This document shows, piece after piece, positions 51,455-61,752 of a stretch of 64,000 nt of DNA. The DNA is from Candidatus Doudnabacteria bacterium (GTDB lineage Bacteria > Patescibacteriota > Doudnabacteria > UBA920 > VMFF01). The DNA is taken from assembly GCA_028286905.1 (NCBI GenBank), contig JAQBQP010000001.1, positions 143,114 through 207,113 on the forward strand, written 5' to 3'. The notes below the pieces were generated by a model that saw nothing but the letters and a program-made list of their open reading frames with translations, was not told the origin of the DNA and made no database searches. The translations under genes and the position numbers were made by a program. Within the stretch, counting starts at the first letter, position 1. Every line of letters starts with the position of its first letter.

Positions 51455-52675
51455 TTATTTTATATGTCCGTTGATTGCAGAGTTTCTTTTCTGCACATTT
51501 TCGGACCATTCTTTATTATTTAAATACCATTCAATCGTTTTTGGTAAAGCTTCTTCAAAACGATGTTCAGGATACCAACCAAGGTCATTCATAATCTTTG
51601 TGGCATCAATAGCATATCTACGATCATGGCCTGGTCGATCAGGAACAAATTTGATTGTTGATTCTGGAAGATTAAAGTATTGCAAGATAAGCTTCGCAAT
51701 TTCAAGATTGTTCTTTTCGTTGTTGCCGCCGATATTATAAACTTCACCGGGAATCCCTTTGTGCAGCATTAAATCAATAGCTTTTACGTGATCTAGAACG
51801 AACAACCAATCGCGGATATTCCTGCCATCGCCATAGATTGGGAATGGCTCATTGTTTAAAGCTTTGCCGATTAAGAACGGAATAAGTTTTTCTGGGAACT
51901 GGTAAGGGCCATAATTATTTGAACAATGACTAACTATTACGGGTACTCCAAAGGTTTGGTAATATGCTCGACATAGTAAATCCCCACCGGACTTTGCTGC
52001 GGCATAAGGAACGTTTGGTTCAAAAGCAGTGTTCTCTAAAAACATTCTATGTTCGTTCAATTTTAGAGAACCATAAACTTCATCGGTTGAAATATTTATA
52101 AATTTAAAAAGATTGTGTCGTCTGGTTGCATCTAATAGAGTTTGCACTCCGACAACGTTGGTCATAACGAATTCTCTGGAGCCAACATGAATGCTTCGGT
52201 CAACATGTGTTTCAGCTGCAAAGTTTACGATCGCATCTATTTTTTCAGTAGTAATAACATGTTCAATCATTTGCTGATCGACAATGTCGCCATGGTAGAA
52301 TTTATAGTTGGAAAGATGTTCAATGTCGATCAAATTTTCAAGATTGCCAGCGTAAGTAAGCTTGTCCAAGTTCACTATTTTATAATGCGGGTACTTTGTG
52401 ACCATATGTCGGACAAAATTGCTGCCAATAAAACCCGCGCCACCACAAACCAAAACATTTAGTTGGCGTACGGGCAAACTCATTCCGCGGAGGATCGATG
52501 AAAATATTTCTGCGGATAGTCCAGAAATTTTGATTGCATCGTGAATTTCGATATCACCTTCCTTGTATAAACGGATTGCTAAGCGTGTTCTTTCAGAAGT
52601 GGTCATCTGACTAAGAATTTCTTCGCTATAGGCTTCTGTTCCGGTTTGAGTGTTGTTTGGCTGCCAGTCGGTCAT
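51455..52675 (-). CDS. rfbB: dTDP-glucose 4,6-dehydratase with ~70-aa N-terminal extension
   Basis: GGAGFIGSNF, DKLTYAGN, AAETHVDRSI, STDEVYG, DRPGHDRRYA. Confidence 0.95.
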   Translation of the reverse strand: MTDWQPNNTQTGTEAYSEEILSQMTTSERTRLAIRLYKEGDIEIHDAIKISGLSAEIFSSILRGMSLPVRQLNVLVCGGAGFIGSNFVRHMVTKYPHYKIVNLDKLTYAGNLENLIDIEHLSNYKFYHGDIVDQQMIEHVITTEKIDAIVNFAAETHVDRSIHVGSREFVMTNVVGVQTLLDATRRHNLFKFINISTDEVYGSLKLNEHRMFLENTAFEPNVPYAAAKSGGDLLCRAYYQTFGVPVIVSHCSNNYGPYQFPEKLIPFLIGKALNNEPFPIYGDGRNIRDWLFVLDHVKAIDLMLHKGIPGEVYNIGGNNEKNNLEIAKLILQYFNLPESTIKFVPDRPGHDRRYAIDATKIMNDLGWYPEHRFEEALPKTIEWYLNNKEWSENVQKRNSAINGHIK

Positions 52676-52821
52676 AGGAAAAGTCTTACTTGTTTATGTA
52701 ATAAAGTATCATCAAACGACCTGGTTGGTCAAGATAACGACACCGCTATCAGATACGAAAAGCCCAGAACCGGAGTTCTGGGCAGATCGTTATATTTGTT
52801 GCTGTACTGACGGCACAGGGT

Positions 52822-53543
52822 TCAGGCGTGTGCCAGGATGACCTGCACCTTCTTGATCGCGGCGATGGACAGCGGGCAGACGATCTCGTCGGCCCCGATC
52901 ATCTCGTCGATCTCCTCCTGGGTGAAGAAGTCGACCTTGTAGATCTTCTCCTTCTCGTCAGGGTTCTGCTTGCCGAGCCGGTCTTCGTCGACCCGTGCCA
53001 GGAAGATCGGGGTGTAGCCGCAGATGAAAGTGGTGTTGCCTGCAACGATCTGCCCGATCTTCTCGCAGCTGAGCAGCGGGCCCCCGATCTCCTCACCGCC
53101 TTCACGCATGGCGGTCTCCTTCGTGGTTTCGCCTGCTTCGGCATGCCGCGGGGAACTTCCCAGAGTCCGGTGCCGAACTTGGAGAAGTCGGTTGGTGGGT
53201 AGGAGTAGTCATCCGGGTTCGCCACTGCGGGACGGTCAACCTTGACTAGACCGATACGCTCCTTCGAGTCGACGACCATGGTAATGGCGCCGATGTTCTC
53301 GAAATGCAGAGGCTGGTCCCACAGCGGGGTGCCATCGTCCTTGCAGATGGCGACGTGCACGAGCTGCCCGATCCCCTTCGTGTGCTCGAAGACGATGTCA
53401 GTGTTGGGGTTGGAGTCTTCGGTGCTGTACAAGTACCAGCCACGAAGGGGGCGCTTCTCGCCGTTTCTCTTGGCCTGTTCGTACAAGACGGGAGTGCCGT
53501 AAAAGAACTGGCTTGCTACCTGTGAGAATGGGACGACCTTCAT
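52822..53543 (-). pseudogene. Nudix hydrolase split by a 1-nt frameshift inside the Nudix box
   Basis: WEVPRGMPK in one frame, GETTKETAMREGGEEIG in another; the 722-nt span is one base short of 241 codons. Confidence 0.8.
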
Positions 53544-53742
53544 GTGTCAAACCTCGGGTGGAAGTGAAACTGCAAACGCGGGAACAAATATAACTTCAAT
53601 TTAGCCTCCTTTAGACTAAACAATAAATGATAGTACTATTTTTGAGGTTTAAAGTCAAGAAGGTTGATGCTTAATGACGGGGCTGGAAATTTTCTACGAG
53701 GTGTACTATAATACACGAGCATTCTGAAATTGTTCCTGTCCC

Positions 53743-53829
53743 GCCCGGGTGGCGAAACTGGCAGACGCACTACCTTGAGGTGGTAGCGGGAGCAATCCCA
53801 TAGGAGTTCGACTCTCCTCTCGGGCACCA
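53743..53829 (+). tRNA. tRNA-Leu(GAG)
   Basis: CTACC TTGAGGT GGTAG, long variable arm, CCA; TATAAT at 53707. Confidence 0.95.
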
Positions 53830-53844
53830 TTCAAATATGTATAA

Positions 53845-53921
53845 GGGCGATTAGCTCAGTTGGTTAGAGCGTCTCGTTTACACCGAGAAGGCCAAAGGTT
53901 CGAATCCTTTATCGCCCACCA
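53845..53921 (+). tRNA. tRNA-Val(UAC)
   Basis: TCTCG TTTACAC CGAGA, CCA. Confidence 0.95.
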
Positions 53922-53959
53922 TTCTTTCAAAAATTCGCGTTTAGTTTTGCGAACGACGC

Positions 53960-54034
53960 GCCTCGGTAGCTCAGTGGTAGAGCGCAGCCCTGAAGAGGCT
54001 GGCGTCGTCAGTTCAATTCTGACCCGAGGCACCA
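53960..54034 (+). tRNA. tRNA-Phe(GAA)
   Basis: CAGCC CTGAAGA GGCTG, CCA. Confidence 0.95.
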
Positions 54035-54042
54035 TAAATTTA

Positions 54043-54116
54043 GCGGCTATGGTTCAATGGTAGAACTCTTCCTTGCCAAGGAAGGGACAGGGGTTCGATT
54101 CCCCTTAGCCGCTCCA
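54043..54116 (+). tRNA. tRNA-Gly(GCC)
   Basis: CTTCC TTGCCAA GGAAG, U73, CCA. Confidence 0.95.
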
Positions 54117-54143
54117 AATAAAAAACACCTGTTCAGGTGTTTT

Positions 54144-55118
54144 TTATTTTTCTATTTTCCAGCCACCATCAGCGGTTCTTTTTAAACGCCCTTCTAGTTC
54201 AAATCCTGCTGCCAGTTTGTGCCCCCCTCCCCCTAATAATTTGGCTAAGAAAGATACATCCATTTTTTTATTTTCTTCGCTTCGAATACTTCCTTTAATT
54301 TTATTTCCATCTTGTCGTAAAAACATTGCAAACCTAGTTCCTGGAATTTTATTTAACGTTTCAACAAATCCACCGAAAGTATCAGAAGGCAGATCCCCTA
54401 TTTCTCGGAGGTCTTCTTCGGTAATAACGCTAATCGCGATTTCGTTATTTTTTGCTAGCCTAGTGTTCTCTAAAGCTTTGCCCCAGGCTTTTAAGCCGCG
54501 AATATCTTTGTTTTGATAAGTGAACTCATGAATTTTATCAACTCGTGCGCCATACTTCATTAGTTCACCAGCCGCTTCAAGTGTTGAGGCTTGGGTATTC
54601 GAATGCATAAATGATCCGGTGTCAGTAAAAATTCCGGTCAGCAAGCACTTGGAAATGTCTGGTGTAATTTCAACGCCTAAGAATTTTATAAAATCAAAAA
54701 CCAGTTCTGCTACGGAAGACTTTGTTTCATCTACTAAGTTAATATCGCCAAACCTTGCGTTATCCTGATGGTGATCGATATTTAAAACCGGCAAGTTAGA
54801 ATTAATAACTTTGTCTAAGCCTGTGCGCTGTTTGTTGTTGCAGCCGAATAAAATAATTCCGTCGTAAAATTCCTTTATTGCTTCATTAGGTACATCGTCA
54901 AAAATTTCATTTTGTTTCGGCAAAAATTGCAATGTTAAGGGTACTCCGCCTTTGGCTACAGGAATTGCCGCCTTATTTAAGGACTGCAAAATAAAGCTCA
55001 TTGCAAGCATAGAACCGCCATCGTCGCCATCAGTTCGGGCATGACTGGCTAAGATAAAGCGGTTTTTTGATTCTATAAATTTTTTAGCTTCCTCAAAAGC
55101 TGGGGTATTATTCTGCAT
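54144..55118 (-). CDS. nrnA: NrnA-like DHH/DHHA1 oligoribonuclease (start re-assigned)
   Basis: HARTDGD, IDHH, DTGSF, GGGGHKLAAG; follows rbfA. Confidence 0.88.
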   Translation of the reverse strand: MQNNTPAFEEAKKFIESKNRFILASHARTDGDDGGSMLAMSFILQSLNKAAIPVAKGGVPLTLQFLPKQNEIFDDVPNEAIKEFYDGIILFGCNNKQRTGLDKVINSNLPVLNIDHHQDNARFGDINLVDETKSSVAELVFDFIKFLGVEITPDISKCLLTGIFTDTGSFMHSNTQASTLEAAGELMKYGARVDKIHEFTYQNKDIRGLKAWGKALENTRLAKNNEIAISVITEEDLREIGDLPSDTFGGFVETLNKIPGTRFAMFLRQDGNKIKGSIRSEENKKMDVSFLAKLLGGGGHKLAAGFELEGRLKRTADGGWKIEK

Positions 55119-55500
55119 CTGTTTTTGTATTTTTGCGACCTTGGTCTTCCTTTTCAATTTCATGAAATAGTTGGCTGATATGATCAGCATAACGCGAAGT
55201 AGTATCTAGATGAAAAGAGATTCTGGGAATAATTTTAACTTCCATTAAACGATTTAATTCACCCTGAATATCGAAAAGATTATTTTGCAAAGTTTTCAAA
55301 ACTTTCTTGTCTTTCTCTTCATCGACAACGGTGATCCAGATCTTTGCCCAGCGTAAATCCTTAGAAGTATTTACTTTGCTGATTGTTATAATCGTACCTT
55401 GGTCTTTTGTGTAAGGCAAAATAATAACGCCTAAAAGCATTTGAATTAGCGCGTTAATTTTTTCAACGCGGTTAGTCTTTTTATGAGGAATTTCGCGCAT
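55108..55500 (-). CDS. rbfA: Ribosome-binding factor A
   Basis: RVEKIN, SKDLRWAKIW, IPRISFHLD; follows infB. Confidence 0.93.
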   Translation of the reverse strand: MREIPHKKTNRVEKINALIQMLLGVIILPYTKDQGTIITISKVNTSKDLRWAKIWITVVDEEKDKKVLKTLQNNLFDIQGELNRLMEVKIIPRISFHLDTTSRYADHISQLFHEIEKEDQGRKNTKTDAE

Positions 55501-55514
55501 AGAGCTAGATGAAA

Positions 55515-57467
55515 TTATTTTGAAGTTATAAAGTCTTTTGCTTTTAGTTTTTCTTCAAAAGATTCAATCATATCGCCTTCTACAATTTTCACGTGAGTTT
55601 TAACCTTCATGCCGAATTCGTTGCCCGCTACAACCTCTTTAGCCATAATCTTGCTTTGTTGTAGGTCAAGAATTTCTCCTCTGCCAATCTCTTCCTGTTC
55701 ACCCTCGGCATTCTTTCTAAGCACAGCAATTTCACCAGCTTTTTTAATCATGCCGTCTTCTACTCTTCCACCGATAATCATCGAGCCTTTATCAGTCATA
55801 AACACCTTTAAAATTTTTGCTCGACCAAAACTGGTTTTAATAAGCTCAGGAGAAAGCATTTTAACTACTGCTGTAGTTACATCTTCAATAAGTTCATAAA
55901 TGATATCGTAGAGGTCAATCACAACTTTTTGTTGCTTGGCGAGGTTCATCGCCTTAACATTTGCTTTAGTGTTAAATCCGATAATGGTGGATTTTGAAGC
56001 GGAGGCTAAAGTGACATCGTTTTCTGTAATCTCGCCGGCGCCTTCAGAGATAATATTTATAGTTACTTCTTCATTTTTCAATTTATCGATTGATTGTTTG
56101 ATAGCTTCCAAAGATCCCAAAACATCAGACTTGATAATTAAATTTAAAGTCTTGCTCTCGCTGTCGCCTTTGATGCGCTGATTTTGGTTGATTTTACGAA
56201 CGCGTTCTTTGCGTTGGATTTGGAAAGCAATACTTTTTGCTTCATCCAAAGTTGCTCTAGTTGTTAAAATATCGCCAGTTTGGGGCACATCTGAAATACC
56301 TGAGATTTGTGCTGGCATTGAAGGGGTCGCTTCTTTCAATTTCTTGCCTAATTCATCTTCCAAGGCTCTGACTCTGCCAAAAGTTCCGCCAATGGTAACA
56401 ATATCCCCTACTTTTAGGGAGCCATTTTGGATTATAACGGTAGCAACAGGACCTTTGCCCTGTGAAAGGTGCGATTCGATAACGGTGCCCAGAGCTTGTC
56501 CATTTGGGTTAGCTCTAAAATTTTCGACATCGGCTGTAAGTAAAATCATTTCTAGGAGATCATCAATACCCTCTCCTGTTTTAGCGGAAATCGGCACGGC
56601 AATGGTCTTCCCGCCCCAGTCTTCCGTCAAAACGCCGTGTTCTGCTAGTTCTTGTTTTACACGAGTAATATTTGCACCTTCTTTATCAATTTTGTTTACT
56701 GCCACAATAATAGGTGTGTTGGTAAACTTCGCTCTATTAATTACTTCAATCGTTTGCGGCTTAACACCATCATCTGCCGCCACCACTAAAATAATTAAAT
56801 CAGTGACGTTTGCACCGCGGGCACGCATTTCAGAGAAAGCTTCGTGACCAGGAGTGTCCAAAATAGTAATAAATTTACCATTTTTCTTAACTTGATAGGC
56901 CCCAATGTGTTGAGTGATAGCACCTGCTTCCCCACCCACGACATTTGTTTTACGAATGAAGTCGATTAAAGAAGTTTTACCATGGTCAACGTGACCCATA
57001 ATCGCAACAATTGGAGGGCGATGTTTTAAGGTTGATTCATCTTCTTTTTTCAAAGTATCTTGCAGGGAGCTGGCACCCATTTCAGCATTGCTTTGAGACT
57101 GTTCTTCAGAAACATCAAAACCAAGTTCTGTAGCTACAATCGCAGCCGTATCATAATCAATTTCTTCATTGATATTTGCCATCACACCATTCTTCAATAA
57201 AGATTTAATAACATCCTGGATAGACATGCCTAAAAGATCAACGTAATCCTTTACCTTGATAAATGCCGGAAGCGAAACTTTTTTTATAATCTTTGGAGCA
57301 TTCGGATCGATTTTTGGCTTTGGTTTCAAAGCATCCATTATTTGGCGCGCCAAATAATTATCGACTTTACGTGCGCGCGGAGATAATCGGATCCCGGCAT
57401 CGTATACTTTTTGTCGAAGCTCTTTTTCGTTTAAATTAAGTTGTTTTGAGAGTGAACTTAAATCCAT
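55515..57467 (-). CDS. infB: Translation initiation factor IF-2
   Basis: MGHVDHGKT, DTPGHEAF, NKID. Confidence 0.99.
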   Translation of the reverse strand: MDLSSLSKQLNLNEKELRQKVYDAGIRLSPRARKVDNYLARQIMDALKPKPKIDPNAPKIIKKVSLPAFIKVKDYVDLLGMSIQDVIKSLLKNGVMANINEEIDYDTAAIVATELGFDVSEEQSQSNAEMGASSLQDTLKKEDESTLKHRPPIVAIMGHVDHGKTSLIDFIRKTNVVGGEAGAITQHIGAYQVKKNGKFITILDTPGHEAFSEMRARGANVTDLIILVVAADDGVKPQTIEVINRAKFTNTPIIVAVNKIDKEGANITRVKQELAEHGVLTEDWGGKTIAVPISAKTGEGIDDLLEMILLTADVENFRANPNGQALGTVIESHLSQGKGPVATVIIQNGSLKVGDIVTIGGTFGRVRALEDELGKKLKEATPSMPAQISGISDVPQTGDILTTRATLDEAKSIAFQIQRKERVRKINQNQRIKGDSESKTLNLIIKSDVLGSLEAIKQSIDKLKNEEVTINIISEGAGEITENDVTLASASKSTIIGFNTKANVKAMNLAKQQKVVIDLYDIIYELIEDVTTAVVKMLSPELIKTSFGRAKILKVFMTDKGSMIIGGRVEDGMIKKAGEIAVLRKNAEGEQEEIGRGEILDLQQSKIMAKEVVAGNEFGMKVKTHVKIVEGDMIESFEEKLKAKDFITSK

Positions 57468-57491
57468 AACTTCCACAGTATACTGATTTTG

Positions 57492-58538
57492 TTAGACTTT
57501 GTCGAGTCTTGATTCGTATACTCGGTAGGAGTTATTTTCGTTAATTACTGTTAAGTTGCCAAAAGCTTTTTTTAGTAACGGTCGATAGCCAAGAAACGTA
57601 TTTGCTACGATTCGAATTTTACCTCCTGGTCTGAGGTGGTTTTTTGCTTCAGCGATGAATTTCGCACTGACATCGTAGTTCGTTTCAATGCCTTTGTGGA
57701 ATGGTGGATTAGAAAGAATGTAGTCATATTTGTCTTTAACATCAGAAAAAATATCAGAAGTCCAAACTCTTTCTGTCTCAAAACCGTTTTCTTCCATAGT
57801 CAATCGGCTAGCCTCTACTGCAAGGGCATTGCTATCTACCATGTCGATTTCAATATTTGGACTTGTTTTTTTGATGAATGCTCCAATAACTCCTGCCCCG
57901 CTACCCCAATCTAATATTTTTTCATTTTCAAACCGTGGTAAGGTTTCTAAAAGCATTTTTGTTCCATCATCTAGTCTGCCATGACTAAAAACTCCAGGTA
58001 AACTTACCACTTCTAATGATACATCAGAAATTTCTAACATAAATTTTTGCACCCAGTTCTCTAACGAATTATTAGGTAATACAGCTTGGGTCAAGGAGCT
58101 TTGATATATAACTGAATGTCGCGCCGCATCTTTATATTCAATTGGTCCGATATACTTTTCGATTGTTTCAGTTTGGGATTTTATTCCAGCTTTGTTTTGT
58201 CCAACTACATACACTTTACCCTTTGGGATTAAGGCGCCGTTTATAATGCTAAATAGCATTTCTATTAAAGCTTCGCTCTTTGGCAAATATATTATTGCAG
58301 TATCATGTAGCTTCTTTGGCTGATACCACGCACCAAAAAGATTTTTTGGCTCTTGTTCCCCTAGTTTTTTAAATGCGTAATAATCAAAATTAAAAACTGT
58401 CGGCACAGTTTTTAAAAGATCGGTTATTTCGTTTAAGGCTTCTTTCTCAGATAGGCCGACAATCAAAATGTTGTCGCCTTTAATCAATCCGATGCTTCGC
58501 AAAAGTAGCTGAGTTGGCAGCGAATATTTTCTAGACAT
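57492..58538 (-). CDS. rsmC: RsmC-like 16S rRNA m2G methyltransferase
   Basis: YLPKS, DAARHS, LPGVFSHGRLDDGT, DWGSGAG, SNPPFH. Confidence 0.85.
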   Translation of the reverse strand: MSRKYSLPTQLLLRSIGLIKGDNILIVGLSEKEALNEITDLLKTVPTVFNFDYYAFKKLGEQEPKNLFGAWYQPKKLHDTAIIYLPKSEALIEMLFSIINGALIPKGKVYVVGQNKAGIKSQTETIEKYIGPIEYKDAARHSVIYQSSLTQAVLPNNSLENWVQKFMLEISDVSLEVVSLPGVFSHGRLDDGTKMLLETLPRFENEKILDWGSGAGVIGAFIKKTSPNIEIDMVDSNALAVEASRLTMEENGFETERVWTSDIFSDVKDKYDYILSNPPFHKGIETNYDVSAKFIAEAKNHLRPGGKIRIVANTFLGYRPLLKKAFGNLTVINENNSYRVYESRLDKV

Positions 58539-58540
58539 GT

Positions 58541-59389
58541 TTAAAAGGTCCTGTTTTTACCTACGATCATTTTCAGACCTTGTGGCAAAAGCTCAACCGT
58601 TGCAGGGAATTTTGCTACCTCAATCCCGTCGACACTAATTTTATAATTTATTGGCTCCAAAAATTCTACTTTAGTACATCGAACAGAAGTAGCAGAAGGA
58701 ATGTTTTCGTAGCAGCCGTTCTCGATTTCTTTTTTATATTTTGCTGCACTCATTCGCGAAAGCTTTTCTATTAGCAGTAAATCTAAAAACCCATCTTGAG
58801 GGTTACCAATTGCGCCGCCAGCGCACATCTTCGTTCCGCGAGTGTTCACTAATAACCCGCCCATCGTTTTTGAAGTAATCGTATAAGCATCGTCGATCCG
58901 CATTTTAATTTCTGTTAAAGCGCTGCCAGCAAATAGTTTAATAGAAGAAAGCATTCCAAGCGGTTTATTTGTTTGGCTACCTATGCCTAATTCTAAATAT
59001 GAAATAAAATAATTGTTGTCGATTTTTGCTAAATCAATTTTCTCAGTTCTTCTGCTAGCAATTGTTTTTACGCAGGTTGCTAAGTCATCCATGCCTAAAA
59101 TCCTGCCCAATTGAGTGTTTGGGGCAAAAGGAATAAAACCCAAAGTAAAATCACGATCCTTGACTGCAGCAAGCATCTGATTAAATGTTTCATCGGTTCC
59201 GCAAGCAATTAAAGTTTTTACGCCCCGGCTGGCGGCAGTGTCCACTAAATCTTGAATAATTCTAAGTGGAGTAATTTTTGCCATTTCGCCACTAACATTA
59301 AATTCGGTTAGGAGGCTTTGTAATTCAGTTTGTTGTCTTTCGAAATTCTTTTGCGGAATGTTATGTGGATCGAGAATATAGAAATACAT
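58541..59389 (-). CDS. Diacylglycerol/lipid kinase family protein (degenerate)
   Basis: ACGTDET, LGFIP, DGFLDL, VDG. Confidence 0.8.
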   Translation of the reverse strand: MYFYILDPHNIPQKNFERQQTELQSLLTEFNVSGEMAKITPLRIIQDLVDTAASRGVKTLIACGTDETFNQMLAAVKDRDFTLGFIPFAPNTQLGRILGMDDLATCVKTIASRRTEKIDLAKIDNNYFISYLELGIGSQTNKPLGMLSSIKLFAGSALTEIKMRIDDAYTITSKTMGGLLVNTRGTKMCAGGAIGNPQDGFLDLLLIEKLSRMSAAKYKKEIENGCYENIPSATSVRCTKVEFLEPINYKISVDGIEVAKFPATVELLPQGLKMIVGKNRTF

Positions 59390-59399
59390 TTAGTAAGCC

Positions 59400-59783
59400 C
59401 TATTTATCTTCGGATATTGGTTCTATTTTATTACCTGAATCTTTCATTTGGCACTTCCCTGCAAAGTAAGCGCCCTCTTCAACTTGTAGGGTCCCGCAGA
59501 TCATATCTCCCAGTAAACGGCCAGTTTTACCTAATATTAGAGCTCCGGTGACTTTGATGTTGCCCTGTACAGTGCCGCCAATTACGGCGTTTTCTGCTTC
59601 TACGTCAGCAGAAATATTGGCGCTTTCCCCAACATATAGATTTTGAGAGGTTTTTACTTTACCTGTGACGGTTCCATCGATTCTAAGGTTTCCTTGGCTT
59701 TTTAGGTCGCCGTCAATTTTTACTGAGGGTCCGACGATGCTTTCGCTAGCTTGTGACAAGCTTTCTTGTTGTTTTCTATCCAT
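59400..59783 (-). CDS. Bactofilin (polymer-forming cytoskeletal protein)
   Basis: SIVG..IDGDL..LRIDG..GTLQVEEGAYFAGKCQM. Confidence 0.92.
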   Translation of the reverse strand: MDRKQQESLSQASESIVGPSVKIDGDLKSQGNLRIDGTVTGKVKTSQNLYVGESANISADVEAENAVIGGTVQGNIKVTGALILGKTGRLLGDMICGTLQVEEGAYFAGKCQMKDSGNKIEPISEDK

Positions 59784-59787
59784 TTTT

Positions 59788-60258
59788 TTACGAATTAATT
59801 ATTTTAGAGGATGTAATTGCTTTTTCTTCTTCCGTAGTAAGGGTAAATTCGGATTTTCCTTGGATGATTGGTTTGGAATAAATTCGATTCTGTTCTCTAC
59901 CATGCATTGAGGTAATAACTACGCCGTTATTTTTTGCGTCTAATAACGCCATGCTGAAGCTTAAGTTTCCACCGTTGTCAGCAAAGGGGTTATAACGAAC
60001 TAGTCCGATTTTTTGAATTGAGTCTTTTTGGATTTCCCTCAAATCTTTAATCGCCTGCTCTATATAATTTGCTTGAGCTGCTAGTTCATTTATTTTTTTG
60101 CTCTGATTTATAATGAAATCTTCTAAAGATGCAGCCTGTTTCCCTTCGAAAAATGTTTTGCTAACTTTGGAAAACTTAGTCAATTTTGCAATTGCTACGA
60201 TAGCAATCAAGGCAGCAAAAATAGATAAAATTAAAGAAGTAATTTGGGCGTAATTCAT
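59788..60258 (-). CDS. DUF4446 family protein
   Basis: N-terminal TM; KIGLVRYNPF..GGNLSFSMALLD..GVVITS..LTTEE. Confidence 0.85.
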   Translation of the reverse strand: MNYAQITSLILSIFAALIAIVAIAKLTKFSKVSKTFFEGKQAASLEDFIINQSKKINELAAQANYIEQAIKDLREIQKDSIQKIGLVRYNPFADNGGNLSFSMALLDAKNNGVVITSMHGREQNRIYSKPIIQGKSEFTLTTEEEKAITSSKIINS

Positions 60259-60325
60259 ATGCGAATTTATCATACATTGAATTAGTCTTGTTCGCAAATT
60301 ATCAAGATGCTATACTTTTTGTACT

Positions 60326-60511
60326 ATGAAAAACAACAACTCTCAATTCAAAACTATCTCACACGAAGAAGAGTATCAGATTATTCGGCACGATCTTTTC
60401 AAAGTATTGCTATTAAACTCGGTTTATTTAATTGCGATCTTGGCTTTGTATTTCACGAATAAAAACTCGCATTACCTTGAGACTCTTTTTGCAAAAATCT
60501 TACACTTTTAA
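60326..60511 (+). CDS. Small membrane protein
   Basis: One TM; TGCTATACT upstream. Confidence 0.65.
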   Translation: MKNNNSQFKTISHEEEYQIIRHDLFKVLLLNSVYLIAILALYFTNKNSHYLETLFAKILHF

Positions 60512-60525
60512 TTCTGCTAGAAAAT

Positions 60526-61752
60526 ATGCAGAACCAAAAAACCACTTGCCCAGATTGCGGCCCATCAACAGTTAATCATTTTCTTTCTAAGACGATTTTG
60601 ATTATTGATTGGACACTCTCTCCGGTAAATGGTTTTTTTATGTCCATAACAAAAACGATTATAAATTTGCTAAACCACTTGGGTTTTCGAAACATTGGCA
60701 TAAACTTTTTTGTCTTTCTTTCAAAAGTGGGATTAGCTCAAATTTCAGAACACAACCAAGAAGATAATTCAGACCGTACAAAATGTTTGTGGGAAGCGGC
60801 AGAGGCGCGTGGAATAAAAATGTATCAAATCAGAATTCTTGATAAACCAACTGAACTTTTTTGGTCAGAAAAAAATCACAAAAAATTATTGTTTGAATGC
60901 TTGCCTCGCCCTCTACCTTTGAGCGAAGCATTTTATTGGATGGATGACAAAGGGGCGATGCGCAAAAAATTTGCCGAAGCCAATTTGCCAATTGGAATTG
61001 GAGAGATCTGTTTTACCTACAAGCATGCGCTTGAAGTTTTGAAAAAAGTGAACGGATCAGTTATTACAAAGCCCAACGTCGGCTCACGTAGTAGGCATAC
61101 TACTATTCATATTAGCAATCCCGAAATGCTTAAAAAAGCCTTTAAAATAGCAAAAAAACTATCCCCTTGGGTAATTGTGGAGCAAGAATTAAAAGGTACT
61201 GTTTACAGAGTAACTTTAATCGGTGGTGAACTGGCTGCTGTAATGCGTCGAGATCCCCCATTTGTAATTGGCGACGGCATTTCTAATTTAAAAGAATTGG
61301 TTCTAAAAGAAAATCAAAATCCAAAAAGACATGGACCGCATTTTCACGAAATTCCGATTGATAATTTTACTGATGAAGAAATCGCGCGCCAAGGTTTAAC
61401 ATGGAACACAATTCCAGAGAATGGGAAAATGATTATCGTTAGAAATAATATTGGCAGAAGTTCCGGAGGTTCCAACTCTGATATAACTGATAAAGTTCAT
61501 CCAGAAAATAAAAAACTATTTGAAAAAATCGCCAAGGTTGTTGGCGATCCGATCATTGGTATGGATTTTATAATTGAAGATATGAACAAGTCCTGGACTG
61601 AGCAATATCCTTGCGGGGCTATTGAACTTAATAGTGTCCCCTTTCTTGATTTACATCATTTTCCGTTGTACGGGAATGCTGTGGATGCATCTGGCAAGTT
61701 GTGGGATTTTGTATATCGCGATTCATCTTCTATTAGCATGTCGCCTAAATAA
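60526..61752 (+). CDS. Cyanophycin-synthetase-like ATP-grasp ligase
   Basis: DDKG, KPNVGSRSR, RDPPFVIGDG, GMDFI, IELNSVPFL. Confidence 0.8.
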   Translation: MQNQKTTCPDCGPSTVNHFLSKTILIIDWTLSPVNGFFMSITKTIINLLNHLGFRNIGINFFVFLSKVGLAQISEHNQEDNSDRTKCLWEAAEARGIKMYQIRILDKPTELFWSEKNHKKLLFECLPRPLPLSEAFYWMDDKGAMRKKFAEANLPIGIGEICFTYKHALEVLKKVNGSVITKPNVGSRSRHTTIHISNPEMLKKAFKIAKKLSPWVIVEQELKGTVYRVTLIGGELAAVMRRDPPFVIGDGISNLKELVLKENQNPKRHGPHFHEIPIDNFTDEEIARQGLTWNTIPENGKMIIVRNNIGRSSGGSNSDITDKVHPENKKLFEKIAKVVGDPIIGMDFIIEDMNKSWTEQYPCGAIELNSVPFLDLHHFPLYGNAVDASGKLWDFVYRDSSSISMSPK

